Part shown: positions 24,891 to 36,838 of the stretch, one piece after another | How the letters are laid out: the number at the start of each line of letters is the position of its first letter | Position numbering within the stretch: position 1 is the first letter of the stretch | NCBI RefSeq assembly: GCF_009834535.1 | Contig: NC_045697.1 | Coordinates: forward strand, 35,776,001 to 35,840,000 | DNA: 64,000 nt | Source of the DNA: Camelus ferus | Lineage: Eukaryota | Direction of reading: 5' to 3' | Program-made: the position numbers and the translations under genes | Notes under the pieces: model-generated | What the model was told of the DNA's origin: nothing | Database searches by the model: none | The model's input: only the letters and a program-made list of their open reading frames with translations

Positions 24891-25969
24891 TGTTAGAATT
24901 AGATTTGGCTAAAAGAGACTTCCCCCCAAAAACCCCAGAGAAACATTGGCTCAAACAAGTTGAAAGTTGATTTCTCTTTCAGGTAAATGTAGCTCATGCA
25001 TGTGCAGAAGAGCTGACTTAGCAGCCCTGAAACTGCTCTCGTTAGAGAGGCCTACTTGCAAGGTCAGCCCTAAGCTGGCATCTGGGAACTTGGCTCTTGG
25101 GGCGTCTGAGTCAGCAATGAGCTGATACTGCGCTACAATAGCCATCTCTGGCATGGAAGGCAAGACAATAGCTGGGGATCCCTTTGTACAACTGAGATCA
25201 AGGGTCTTACCCCACGAAGCCTGTGCCTCGACCACCTGTCCATTTCCCCAAGAGAGTCTGGAACTTTGGTACGTGCTGGGCAGAGGGTGCCTTACAGAAG
25301 CAACTCCCACTGGGTGCTGGACAGGTGGGCTTTCCTGTGCAGACGTCGCATGCATGTTGCTACATTTTCACCGTTGAGGGATGAGGGGTTCTGTGTGACC
25401 CCTTAAAGGAGACAGAGAGCAAAAGAAAGCCTGCGCATGAATTCTTCCAGATTCCACCTATGTTTTTTCCCCTTATGATTGGACTGTGTATCCTGACGAC
25501 ATGGCTGTAATGAATCTTAGTCGTGTGCTCAGCTGTATGCTGAGTCCTGCGAGTCCTCCTAACACATCTCCAAACGTGGGGGTGGTACTGGTGGCCGAAA
25601 CAGTTCGGGACTGCTGGGGCAGCCCCACAATGACGGGATGGGTTCCCGCTGCCCTCGGTTTGCTATCTTTCACATGCATCTGGACCTTGTGGTCCAGGAT
25701 GGCCCTTTCTCATGTCTACACGCCAACCAGCACAAAGGAGGTAAAGAACAAGAGAAGAACAACCCTCCCCACCACCATTAAATTCCCTAACTGTTACACA
25801 AATCAATTCCATCCCATAAGCCAGAGTTTAGTCAGATAGCCACATCCAGTTGCAAAGGCAGCTGGGAAATGTCTTTATTCTGGGCAGTCACGTGTCCAGC
25901 CAGCATCGCAGAGCTCTCCACTGAGGATGGAGGAAATGGACATTGAGGGAAAACTAAGTCTCTGCCACA
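24891..25969 (-). mobile_element. MLT1J-like MaLR LTR split by a MER68/77 insertion
   Basis: Left part tggctcaaacaagttgaaagttgatttctct (24891-25000); right part gccacatccagttgcaaaggcagctgggaaatgtc...tctctgccaca (25603-25969). Confidence 0.6.
25001..25602 (+). mobile_element. ERVL solo LTR, MER68/MER77-like
   Basis: Starts tgtgcagaagagctgacttagcag...aggcctacttgcaagg...gctggcatctgggaacttgg; ends gtcctcct...gggggtggt...aaca (TG..CA). Confidence 0.8.
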
Positions 25970-26514
25970 GATGGTGAGAAAATAGTGGGGGATTTCTGTT
26001 TTTTAATTAGGATCAAGTTATGAATTTTTATACCACTAGACAAAATGAGACAGCTCAAAGTATTACATCAATTTTAGGCTGGATCTTCTAACAATGAAAA
26101 TGAGGCAGGCTTCTTGCCTATTAGAAGATTTATTCTGGGACCAGTGACCAGCTGCTAAATCATTTATAAGCTATTAAATGATTTACATATGGATGGAATT
26201 GAGATTTCCTGGACGTTGAGTCCCTACCATTTTCCTCACTCACTCTGTCACCTCATTTTCTGAATATTTCTAAAAATAAGTATTTTGACTGGAAATCTTT
26301 AGACCAAATGGAAAAATCAAGGCTGCGATACTTGGTTCTCTATACATCTCATAAAACACCTACATAGGACTGCACCAGGCCAACATATTATAATTCTTGT
26401 CCATGTTATAACTCTTGAAATTTAAGGAATTTCAAACTTAAATGCATGACAATATTGAATATTATGACATATTTAATGCAAATGTACTACTATCAAACAG
26501 GCACAAATGCATGA

Positions 26515-26665
26515 AATATAAACCTGGATATTCATGGATGGGCTTCAACAGAGTTCCACAGACAGCCTTGAAATGTGTAAAATTATGTACAAATATGCAT
26601 TTTTCTGTAGATTTCATCAGCTAATCAAAGAAGTCTATAGCTCCCAATGATTAAAAATCTTTCCA
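26515..26665. mobile_element. hAT-Charlie MITE (Charlie4z-like)
   Basis: ttcatggatgggcttca...tatgcatttttctg...tttcatcag...tcaaag. Confidence 0.45.
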
Positions 26666-26913
26666 TTCATGGTTTAATTTCTCATTATCTAGAGATGATA
26701 GACATTCTGTGATTGAATCACGCTAAAATTTCCCAGTGTCCTGGGCACTAGTGGTGAGGTGGAATTCACCAGCCAGCCAGTCGGGACCAGAGGTGTGGCC
26801 TGGAGAAAAAGCAGAGCTAAATAGCATGCCCCAGAGGGTTAGAACTCACAAGCTAGGTCTTCACTATAGTGGAGATCTACCGAGCAACACCATTTCTTAG
26901 GACAAGTCACTCT

Positions 26914-27701
26914 TGTTGTTGTTGTTGTAGTATAGTCAGTTTACCATGTTACATTAATTTCTGGTGTACAACATAGTAATTCATTTATATATATATATAT
27001 ATATTCCTTTTTATATTCTTTTTCATTATAGGCCATTACAAGATATTGAATCTAGTTCCCTGTGCTATATGGTAGGACCTTGTTATTTATCTATTTTATA
27101 TACAGTAGTTAGTATCTACAAATCCCAAACTCCCAATTTATCCCTCCCCATCCCCTTTCCCTTCTGGTAACCACAAGTTTGTTTGCTATGTCTATGAATT
27201 TGTATCTGTTTTATAAATAAGTTCATCTGAGTCTTTTTTTTTTTTTTTAGATTCCACATATAAATGATATCATATGGTATTTTTCTTTCTCTTTCTGGCT
27301 TACTTCACTTAGAAGACAATATCCAGGTCCATTCATGTTACTACAAATGGCATTGTTTTATTCTTTTTATGGCTGAGTAGTATTCCATTGTATACTCCAT
27401 ATATATTATATATTATTATATATATTTATTACATATATATATTCCATATAGATACCTCAACTTTATCCATGCCTCTGTTGATGAACATTTAGGTTGCTTC
27501 CATATCTTGGCTATTGTAAATAGTGCTGCTGTGAACATTGGGGTGCATGTGTCTTTTAGAATTAACTTTTCTCCAGATATATACTCAGGAAGGGGATTGC
27601 TGGATCAAACGGTAAGTCTATTTTTGTTTTTTTGTAGAATCTCCACACTGTTTTCCATAATGGCTGGACCAAACTACATTCTTACCAACAGTGTAGGAGG
27701 G
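26914..27701 (-). mobile_element. Young 5'-truncated L1 (end of ORF2 plus 3' UTR)
   Basis: Perfect 17-bp TSD ttaggacaagtcactct at 26897-26913 and 27702-27718; tail is (TTG)n; typical antisense L1 text (ggctgagtagtattccattg, gggattgctggatca). Confidence 0.95.
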
Positions 27702-28027
27702 TTAGGACAAGTCACTCTCAAGAAACAAGCCTGGCTCTCATTTAGGATGGCTCGTAGTCTCCTGGATCAGCAGTTAGTGCCAATCCAGGGACCTCCATTT
27801 CCTATATAAATCCCCCGCCTCTTCCACACAAGCCCCGTGCAGCAGTCTCATACTGTAAGTGTGACTTCCGCTGCATCCTGGTGAGGGCTAGAATGGATGA
27901 TTAGAGCAATTAGAGCAAAATTCAGAAGCCCAGGTTTAAACAGGTAGTAGATCATGTCTGCTTGGTGAGCATTCACAGCGAAGGTCAATGAGGTAACTGA
28001 TAACACAGAATACTAGTGATGAAATTG

Positions 28028-28032
<5 letters not shown>

Positions 28033-28058
<26 letters not shown>

Positions 28059-28060
28059 TT
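28033..28060. repeat. Poly-T tract (28 nt)
   Basis: Directly visible. Confidence 0.95.
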
Positions 28061-28706
28061 GGTGTGTTTCCTTCATTTGATTAGAAGGTTACAGGGCAAT
28101 ATAATGGTGATCTGAGCCATTCTGCTCAGTGATGGGAAAGCAGACTTATTGTCCAGAGATTAGCAGTATGGATGCAAGAGCAATTACAGTCTCTGGCCAT
28201 TTGATGTTAGTTTTGTGCAGGACGTGGTTTGACATCCGAAGGCTGCAGCAGCTTCTAATGCATCAGAGCCATCCGGGATCACACTGTTTAGGGAGTGAGC
28301 CTGATAATGCCAGAGACAAATAGACCTTTGTCATGGGCCTTTAAGTTAGCAACCCATTTGTATGTGTGTGTGTGCGCGTGTGTGTGGTGTTTCAGAAGCT
28401 ATTAAGGCTTTATTTGTGCTTGAAAAGACACTTAGCTCAGTTGCAAATATGTTCAATGGAAAAAGATTTGAAACAGTCCCTTTCAAAGTCAGCTGGGACC
28501 CCTGCCACGGGACTGGGTGTTGGTGCTGAGACAGATTCATCAAGCCCCCCTTGCATGGTGGGGATGTCCTGGTATGAGACCAGCATGGAGTAGATGCTCA
28601 GGAAATGGTCCATGTCACATACACAATGTGCACTTTCTATGCGTTTGGAGTGGATCATGCTCTGACACCCTAGGAAAATTTGACTAGTGCTCTTGCATCA
28701 TGGATT

Positions 28707-29170
28707 ATATTAGTTAGGGAATAATTTAGAATATGAAAAACTACAATGGCTCAAGGAAAGAAGAAGTTTCTCTCTCACTGACTGCCCAGAGGTAGGTGAG
28801 TGGTCCACACTCAAACTGTCCAGGATCTCACATTCTTTCTAACTTGTTGCTCTACCGTATCAGGAAGGACCACCAGCACCGCCACCGTGTTCCAGGCTAC
28901 AGAAGGGGAAAAGAAAGAAAGTGGACAGGAGGCAAACCCTCTTTAAGGATGTGCTGCCCAGGGAGCTCACAGTTACTCCTCCCAGGTCTACCCGGGAGAA
29001 CGACATCCCAAGGTCACGCCTGGCTACGAGGCAAAGCTTAGGGACGTGAGCCGCAGCTGGGAGGCCAGGGGCTCTGCTGAGACTGGTCGGGGTGGGAGAG
29101 AGTCAGCTCTATCATTAGAAGGAAAAAAAGGATAATGGATTCTGGGGGACAATGGTCAGTGTCTGACACA
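28707..29170 (-). mobile_element. MaLR LTR, MLT1J-like
   Basis: tattagttaggga...caatggctcaa...ttctaacttgttgctct...aatggattctgggggacaa...tctgacaca. Confidence 0.6.
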
Positions 29171-29196
29171 GGGTGGATCCTCTTTTATAGACATAG

Positions 29197-29412
29197 AGGC
29201 AGTGAAGCGTAGTAGAAAGAGCAGGGCTTTTGAATGAAACACACACTTCTCAATCCCGTCTGTCATTCAATGTCTGTGTGATTGTGAACATACCACTCTA
29301 GTTCACAGGATCTCAGCTTCTTTAACTAGAAAATTGGAATAACAACCCTACGTAACTCACAGACCTATGAAGATTGAGTTGTGATACGATCACTGTGCCT
29401 GGTACATAGATT
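29197..29412 (+). mobile_element. MIR SINE
   Basis: ggcagtgaagcgtagtagaaagagcagggctttt...tctcagcttctttaactagaaaattggaataacaa...gtgcctggtacatag. Confidence 0.7.
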
Positions 29413-29428
29413 TCAAAAGTATGTGTGT

Positions 29429-29736
29429 CAGATAAACTTATTTACAAAATAGAAACAGACTCACAGACATAGAAAACAAACTTAGGGTTACCAGGGGAGG
29501 AAGGGGGTGGGAAGCAATAAATTAGGAGCTCCAGATTTGCAGACACTAACTACTACATATAAAATAGATAAACAACAAGTTTATAGTGTATAACACAGGG
29601 AACTATATTCAATATCTTGTAGAAATCTATGGTGAAAAAGAATATGAAGATGAATATGTGTGTATATGTATAACTGAAACATTACACTGTACACCAGACA
29701 TTGATACATTTTAAACTGACTATACCTCAATTTTAA
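29429..29736 (+). mobile_element. 5'-truncated L1 3' end (aactgac subtype)
   Basis: aacttatttacaaaatagaaacagactcacagac...aaactgactatacctcaa; degenerate TSD aaaagtatgtgtgt (29415-29428) / aaaagtgtgtgcat (29737-29750). Confidence 0.9.
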
Positions 29737-30304
29737 AAAAGTGTGTGCATATCTATCCATACACACATGTCTATATCTGTATCTACGTCTACATATAAAT
29801 CTATATCCATGCCTGTATCTGTATCCAGTCATAGAAGCTTTTACCAAACTGTGCAAGGAAGAAGATACAAAAATGGCAAATGATCAAGGTCGCACTGACC
29901 TTGAAAACTGAAATGACAAATCAGATAACTCTCTCTTTTTAAAGTTCCATTTAGTCTGTGCCCTTAACCAAAAGGCACACTCATTTCTGAGAAGGAAAAG
30001 CGGCAGAATATTTCCCTTGTGTGAACAGATCACAGATTTGCAGCCTAAGACACTGTCATGAATGGAAAGCACCTAAGCTGACATTCCATGTAAAACTTTG
30101 GGTAAAGCTTCACTGACGATGCCAAGAATTTGGAGTGAGTGTTTCCGGCTTCTCTGTGCTAGGCTCACCTTCTCAGATTTTCAGAACCCTGCTCTTCCGA
30201 GACCCAACTGATACGCCTGCTCTTCTCCCTCAGAAGGAACTTCTTCCACTCTGGTTTCCAGACTGTGACTTCTGCCCCTTTCAAGCCCTTCTGCCTATGT
30301 GGCT

Positions 30305-30480
30305 GCTGGTGGCTTACATGTCTGCATCTTCTAGAAGACTACAAGCCACTTGAGGGCAAAAATCACATTCTCTATCTTATTTATCATTGTCTCCCCACTC
30401 CCTCTCCAGCCCCTAATACAAAACTTCACACATAACGTGCAAAACAAAACCATTGTTAGCTGCATGAATAAATGAAGGAA
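30305..30480 (+). mobile_element. L2 3' end
   Basis: agactacaagccacttgagggca...catgaataaatgaa. Confidence 0.55.
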
Positions 30481-31728
30481 TTCTTACTTGACCACTCCAG
30501 GTCTATGTTCCAATAACTGTATATTCTGAATAAGAAATTAGGACTTGTTATCTGAGAAAGGAACATATCAGGATAAAGAACAGCTTTAAATCTGAACTGT
30601 CCTCGGGGAGATCTGAACTATTTGGCTATGCTCAGAAGTCACGCATCTCACAGTGAGTCAATCCAGCTTTAAGTTGTGTTGATCTTAGTAAGTCATTTAA
30701 CCTTCATAGCTTCTCCTTCCTCTTGGCCCAAAATGAGTAATAACACTTGACATGCCGACCACACGGGGGCACTGTGATGAGGGGCAAATGAAATCACTAT
30801 GTAGGTGAAATCTCTTTGGTCTAAATCACTGTAAGATCTAAGGTCATAGTTACAAAAGTCCCATCCCATTTTATGGAACATAAAAATTAAGCTCCCAGTT
30901 TTGACTTTCTGGCACCACAGCTCCACAATCCTTCATGGCACAAGCTGGTATTTCTTCTTGTTTTGGAGCAGTGACCTCTCATCTTTCAGAGCTAGGAAGT
31001 TTCCAGACTTGGAGGTCACTTAATAGATAATTCTGAGTTAACCCAGCAAGTCAAAAAATTCACTGATCTGATTTGACCCCTCATATTCCCTCACAGAGAT
31101 CACCCACTAGTCCCCTTTATCTATCAGTGATGGACTCGCCTTTCTCATGTCCTGCCCTGGAATGTGTAATAATCTACCATCTTGAAAGGAAATTCTGCAA
31201 AAATAAAGTTTCACTGGAATGATGGATGAAGGCCACCCTGGCTGTTAAGATGTTAGCTTTCTGCAAAAGCAGAGCAGACTGTAAATCTGAACCTTATCAG
31301 GGGCAGCACCAATCTAAGATATGGTCTCATTTCCTAAGGCTACAATCTGCTACCGTTACAAAGAGAGTTTGATTAAGGACCCGGTTATATGATTTTAGAA
31401 TCACGCTGAAGAGAAGGAAGGAGAGAACCAAATCCTCTGGGAAACAGGAAAAGGCCTGGAAGATCAAAGGCTCCTGTCCCCAAAGTAAGCTTTCATTATT
31501 CAAACGGTCCTTTTTTAAAAAACAGAAGGGGCCAGAGGAAGCCCAGTGAGATAAGTGATATCCGGGTCCAGGAGGCCTCCTCGTGTGTCTGAGCCACACA
31601 GAATACAAAAGAGTCATTCAGCAGAAGAGTATAGGATTCCTGCTGGTGGAAGAAGGGGGGTGGAGATGCTGCAAAGCTATGAAAACCTTGGAATGTGGTG
31701 TCTTTTTTTATATTTTCACTTTTTAGAG

Positions 31729-31951
31729 CAAGGGTTCTCAGCCTCGGCATGATTGATATTTTGGACCAGATTAATTCTTTATCATAGGAGGCTGTCCTTT
31801 GCATTGGAGGATGTGTTACAGCCTCCCTGACCTCTACCTAGTAGATGCCAGTAGCACCCCCCAGTTATAAGACCAAAAATGCCTCCAGACACTGCCAGTG
31901 TTCTCTCATTGACAAAATAGCTCTCCCCCCACCCCCAACTTGAGAATCTTG
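31729..31951 (-). mobile_element. MER20 hAT-Charlie MITE
   Basis: caagggttctcagcctcggca...gatgccagtagcacccc...ttgagaatcttg; TSD-like ttttagag / ttctaggg. Confidence 0.85.
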
Positions 31952-32558
31952 TTCTAGGGCCTGCGAGTACCTGGGGTCAGTGCTTTGCTCCCCTCATTCA
32001 TGCTTAGTTTAGAGACAAGTTCAAGTGTGATTCAAAAATGTAATACTGCCCTTCTGTTTCACTCAGACATACATAAAGCAGGCAAAGCTGGTGCAGAAGG
32101 CATCGACCTGGGAGGTGGGCAGGACTGTTCTAGAAGGAACTGTAGGTATAGCAGGTAAGGGCTGGGATCCTAGGGCAGGGTGGGCTGGGGGTGGGGGACA
32201 GAGGAAGAGATCCAACTGGTGATTCTGCAGGGAAGTATCTGGGAAGGGAAGACTGAGTGGGTCAAGTCAGCTCACATAGGAAGAATCTGATCCATACCAC
32301 AGGCCTAGGCAAGCGAGATTCAAGAGTCCAGAGGATGAGAGAGCCCACGTTAGTAGAAGTGGTGAGCTACAGCCAGTGAAGTCGATTTCTGGCCCAGGAG
32401 CTGGTACTGGAGCTGTGTCTCCTGCCTCTAAGCCTGACACACTTTCCACTGGCTGTGCTTCATTGCTGCATCTCCACTGTGCATCAGTGATCTATGTGGT
32501 GGTGTCCCCTTGGGATGCTCTGCACAACATTTATATAGAACCAGATTTAAACTGGTCT

Positions 32559-32633
32559 GGGGGGGAGGGTATAGCTCAATGGCGGAGTGTGTGCTTAGCA
32601 TGCACGGGGTCCTCGGTTCAGTACCTCCATTAA

Positions 32634-32713
<80 letters not shown>

Positions 32714-32751
32714 TAAAAATAAGCCTAATTACTCTCCTGCCAAAAAATAAA
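32559..32751 (+). mobile_element. Camelid tRNA-derived SINE (Vic-1 type)
   Basis: ggggggagggtatagctcaatgg (A box)...gcttagcatgcac..ggtcctcggttca.gtacctccat; TSD taaactggtct (32548-32558) / taaactggcct (32752-32762). Confidence 0.9.
32634..32708. repeat. (AAT)25 perfect microsatellite inside the SINE
   Basis: 25 uninterrupted AAT units counted. Confidence 0.97.
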
Positions 32752-33144
32752 TAAACTGGCCTAAACAACAAGGACATTTATAATCTACAAAAAGACCAGA
32801 GGTCAAATGTCTTCAGGTTTGAATAATTCAGTGGCTAAACATTGGCCACCCAGGTCCTTCTCTCATTTCCACTCTATTCTCAGTGGGATGGCTTGTCCTC
32901 AGCCAGTTTCCTTCATGGCTTCAGAACGGCTGCCACAGCTCCCAATATCACAACATAGAAGAAACAGCAGAAGAAATTAGTTCCTATATATTCCTGACAA
33001 AAAGAGAGAAATCATTTTAATTGGTCTCCCTGGGCCTGGAGATGGAGCTCAGCTATCCTGAGGTCCCCCAACAAAATTGTAATCTGTCAGCAAGGAAGAA
33101 ATAGAGAAGTAGTGAGGTGGCATCCAAGAGAACCTACTGTACAT

Positions 33145-33350
33145 GGATGATTTCATTTAATTTAAACTTTACTACAATTCTATGAGGGAGGTACCATTAT
33201 TAGCTTAATTTTACAGATACAGAATTTCAGCAAAGCTAGATGCTTTCCTCAAGGTCACAGCAGACAAGTGGGAGGTGAGGTTTCAGACAGGTGGGATGAC
33301 TTCAGATCCCCGGGTTTCTCAAGAGCCATTCTGTGCTATACTGATTGCCC
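33145..33350 (-). mobile_element. MIR SINE
   Basis: tttcatttaat...ctatgagggaggtaccattatt...attttacagat...caaggtcacag. Confidence 0.7.
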
Positions 33351-33473
33351 CACATTCACATCCTATGTCATTTGTACTGAAAACTGGGCTACAGCCAGCA
33401 CCCTGCCCCATTAGTTTCCAGAAACAGGTCATAATTTCAAGGTCTAATCTGAAGAACTCATCAATTTTTGTGG

Positions 33474-33556
33474 GGTGTGTGTGAGTGTGCGTGCGAGTGT
33501 GTGTGTATGTCTGTGTGTGAGTGTGTGTGTGTCAGTGTGTGTGAGTGTGTGCGTGC
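33474..33556. repeat. Imperfect (TG)n repeat
   Basis: Directly visible. Confidence 0.9.
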
Positions 33557-33984
33557 AAACACAGATGCTAACAGGAGGGGTTTTCCTTTCTTTCTTTCTT
33601 TCTTCCCTCACTCCCTGCATCTTTCCTGGCTTACTCTTTCACTCTCTTTCTTTAAATACCTACGTCAATAAACAGATATTTTAGAATATCACTTCTCTTT
33701 TTTAAACCCCCACCCAGAAGTCAGGGACCACCCAAGACACTGACATCGTTTCTCCAAGTTACAAATAGCTTGATTATGATGTGTCAAAAGAAGTTTAAGC
33801 AAAAAGAAAACCCAATAAACACATATTCTGCAATCTACCTTCATACCATCCTGATATTATTTTCAACAGAGCTTCAATTTCTACATGTTAAAAAGAAAGG
33901 AAGAGAACAATTCACTAAAACCCAATTCACTGAGTTATTTGTTTCTTTTAAGTACTTACAGAGCATACAATCCCATTTCTGAAT

Positions 33985-34145
33985 ATAAGTGCATCCTTGG
34001 GAAAAATTACTTAAGTCTCTGAGCCTCATCCTTCCCCATATGAACGTGGGACAATGATGCTTAACCCTCCAGGAAGAAGTCATGCTCAGTGATGATGGAG
34101 ACAACGTGTGCTGCAAAGTCTGGCCCATGTAGAAACTCAGCTCGC
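33985..34145 (+). mobile_element. MIR fragment
   Basis: ccttgggaaaaattacttaagtctctgagcctcatccttccccatatgaacgtgggacaatga. Confidence 0.65.
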
Positions 34146-34239
34146 TTTAGTCCTCTCCACTTTCCAGCTTGCTGATAAGTTACCTGTCAGGAATTTCCTT
34201 CTCTTGAGTTTCACCCCTACCTCCTCCCCCTGATTTACA

Positions 34240-34642
34240 GCACAGTTTGGGCATCCCAGCTTTCACTGCAGCCTATGCACATGTTGCTCCTTCTGTATGA
34301 AACCCTTCCCCCACCCACTCCCGAGTCTCCTCTTCAATAATTCTTACTCATCCTCCATGTCTGGGCTTAAATATCACTTCCTTGAGAAAGCCTCCTCTGA
34401 TTGCCTCCTAGACCAAGTCAAGTCCTCCTGTTGAACACTCTTTTGATGCCATGTATTTCTTTTCCACAGCACTCAATACATTTCTGGTCAAAGTATTGAT
34501 GTGATGAGCTGTGTAAGGTCTGTAATGTCTACCTCTAGACTGAAAGCCATCTGAGGGAAGTGCCTGTATCTGTCTTGTTTGCAGCTGTATCAGCAGCATA
34601 TAAAACACACTCAGAGAAATGTTGGTTAAATGAATAAATGAG
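34240..34642 (+). mobile_element. L2 3' region
   Basis: gcacatgttgctccttctg...cttaaatatcacttcct...ctagactgaaagccatctgaggg...aaatgttggttaaatgaataaatga. Confidence 0.75.
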
Positions 34643-34879
34643 CTCCAAGCAGTGATCTGTACCCCCACCCCATCCCTGTCCCCACCACCTCTTTGAGACC
34701 TAAGCTTCACCTGAAAATCCATGAAAGCTCCTGTAAAACTGCCATGAATCAGGCAAAAGGGCCTTATGCTTCAAAGTATCCTGCTCTGGCCAATGCTGGG
34801 CTGCATCCCTGCCCCCTAGGTGAGGAATCTGTGGGCCAAGAAGATGTTCCCCAGCAGTCTGTGCTCCTGAGAAAGGACC

Positions 34880-35270
34880 ACACCCAGTAAGCTTGCTCCC
34901 CTAGACCTGAGGAGTGACCACAGTGTCCCTGTTGGTAGGCATGTGGCTGGAGCTAGACAGAAAGGCAAGGATGTGGGAGGCAGGACTGGGGGTATGAGGG
35001 AGGGAAAGAGGAACAGGCTGAAGGCTGTGGCTGGAAACTGGTCTTCCTTTGCTATCCTGTCCAAGCTCAGATCTCAGAGGAGTCCAGGAATTCCAAATTC
35101 AAACTTGCCCTTCTAGGTCTTTATAAAGGTATGTCTGTCAAGGTCAGAGGATATCATTTTGCTTTACAACTTGTTAAGTTAGTTTATACCTTCTACACAT
35201 TTAGATATAAGGTATACAAACCTCCCTTTGTACTTTGCCCTGAGCCCTGCAAATACTGGGGGCAGGCATG
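34880..35270 (-). mobile_element. MER115-like hAT-Tip100 fragment
   Basis: aaattcaaacttgcccttctagg...tgtcaaggt...cctccctttgtactttgccctgagccctgcaaatactgggggcaggcatg terminus; left end uncertain. Confidence 0.6.
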
Positions 35271-36584
35271 TCTAGCAGGGGATGGAAAGTTTCTATGAGT
35301 CCTTCTTTTCTCTCCACCATTAATTCCAATGTTCCTCCTTAGACCCCATGCCTCCTGAGACAGTGGTTGGCCATGGATCCCAAGGCCTCCCTTTACTGAG
35401 AGCTACCTTGGAGATGAAGAGTCCCCTTTCTCAGGTCCCTTAGAGCCAAGTGGCTGCGGCCAGCCTCCATCCTTCCTGAGCCAGGTCTTCATCAGGAGCT
35501 AAAATCCTTGTCGTAGCAGTGGGACCAGACAGAAAGGTAGGAGGAAGTGGGAGGCTACTTCCTGGAGCCAGGAACCAATGCTCTGAATCTTCAGCTTCCA
35601 AAAGAGTTCCAAGCAGAGGTCAGGAACCTAATAGACCCCTCTTGTCTGGCCTGGATATAAGCCAGAAAAGTCAAGGCCTTACATTTATGATCAAGCACCA
35701 ATCAGAGAGGAAAACCTCTGTGGCACTATCTTCAACAGTAAATGGAGGCGGTCACAGCTCACTACAGAACAGAAGTTTAGGAATGGAAATTAGATTTCTG
35801 TGAAGTTCATTGAATGTTAAATCCACTGAGAAAATTCTATGCACGCAGTTAGGTCAGAAATTGGATTAGCAATACTGACACCAAGATGATTTGTCTCTTA
35901 GCATTTTCAAAGCTTATTAAATATTCTCTCCTAAACACAGACTGGTCCCGATGTGTTTAGAATGCAGAGAGGCCAAATCAACTAATTCCTTGTCATGTGG
36001 CCACTTTTCTGTAACATTTTGGTGGTGCAAGTGCTAAGAGCTCTACATTTTTTTAGCACTTTGATTTCTAGAAATTACTAGAACTAGCCTATAGTAGCCT
36101 CTCACTTTCTTGGGAGTTAATTGACTGGTTAGTAGATTATACAGAATGCTGAAACCACAGCCAGGTTAGCTAATGACCTTCTGCCTTTGCAGGTAGAAAC
36201 CTCTGTTCTGTTTCTCTGCCTTTGTTAGGATTTGGCTGCATGTAACAGGAGAGAGAGAGAGAGAGAGAGGGAGAGAGAGGACATTCATTCACAGCCGTAT
36301 TGGAACTGGGCTTTGCAGAAAATGCCTCTCTTGGGAGATGAATGACTTTTGAAGCCCTCTGGTGAAAGTTCAAGGGTTTAGAGGTTTGTTTTCTACCATC
36401 ATCATAAGCTGTGTCATCAATTTGTCTCTGTTTTTCTGAGCTTTAGCTATTAAACACTGAAATTATCCAAGTGTCCAAATTATAATTTTATCTTTTTGTT
36501 TTCAAAGATCCAAGGGCTTTATTTTCCTCTCCAGATAAGCGATTTTTAATTCTTTTGATGTTAAAAGATTTTCACAGCTCTAGT

Positions 36585-36838
36585 TAATGTTGGCATGCTG
36601 AAGTACTTGAGGGGAAGTATACTGATGTCTGCAACTCCTTTGAAATGCATCAAAAAACAGAATGGATTGATGGATGGATGAGGGATTGGCTAGATGGATG
36701 GAAATGTGATAAATCCAGTATAGTAAAATGTCAATTGTAGAACCTACGTGGTAGCTATGTGAGGGATTGCTGTAAGAGTCCTTCACGTTTTCTAAATTTT
36801 TTACACTTCCATAATAAAATGTTAAGTAAAATAAAAAC
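36585..36838 (+). mobile_element. L1ME-like 3' end
   Basis: catgctgaagtacttgaggggaagtatactgatgtctgcaact...gaaatgcatcaaaaa...cataataaaatgtt. Confidence 0.8.

Larger units (their letters stand above)
32535..33143 (-). mobile_element. MLT1K/L-like MaLR LTR fragment hosting the SINE
   Basis: aactggcctaaacaacaaggacattta...aattcagtggct...ggctgccacagctcc...tcagcaaggaagaa. Confidence 0.45.

Noticed and set aside
32559..32630. tRNA-like sequence (also 54500-54584)
   Set aside because: These are SINE heads with TSDs and A-rich tails, without an intact cloverleaf; not tRNA genes.
32595..32777. Poly-isoleucine ORF
   Set aside because: Translation of the (ATT)n microsatellite.
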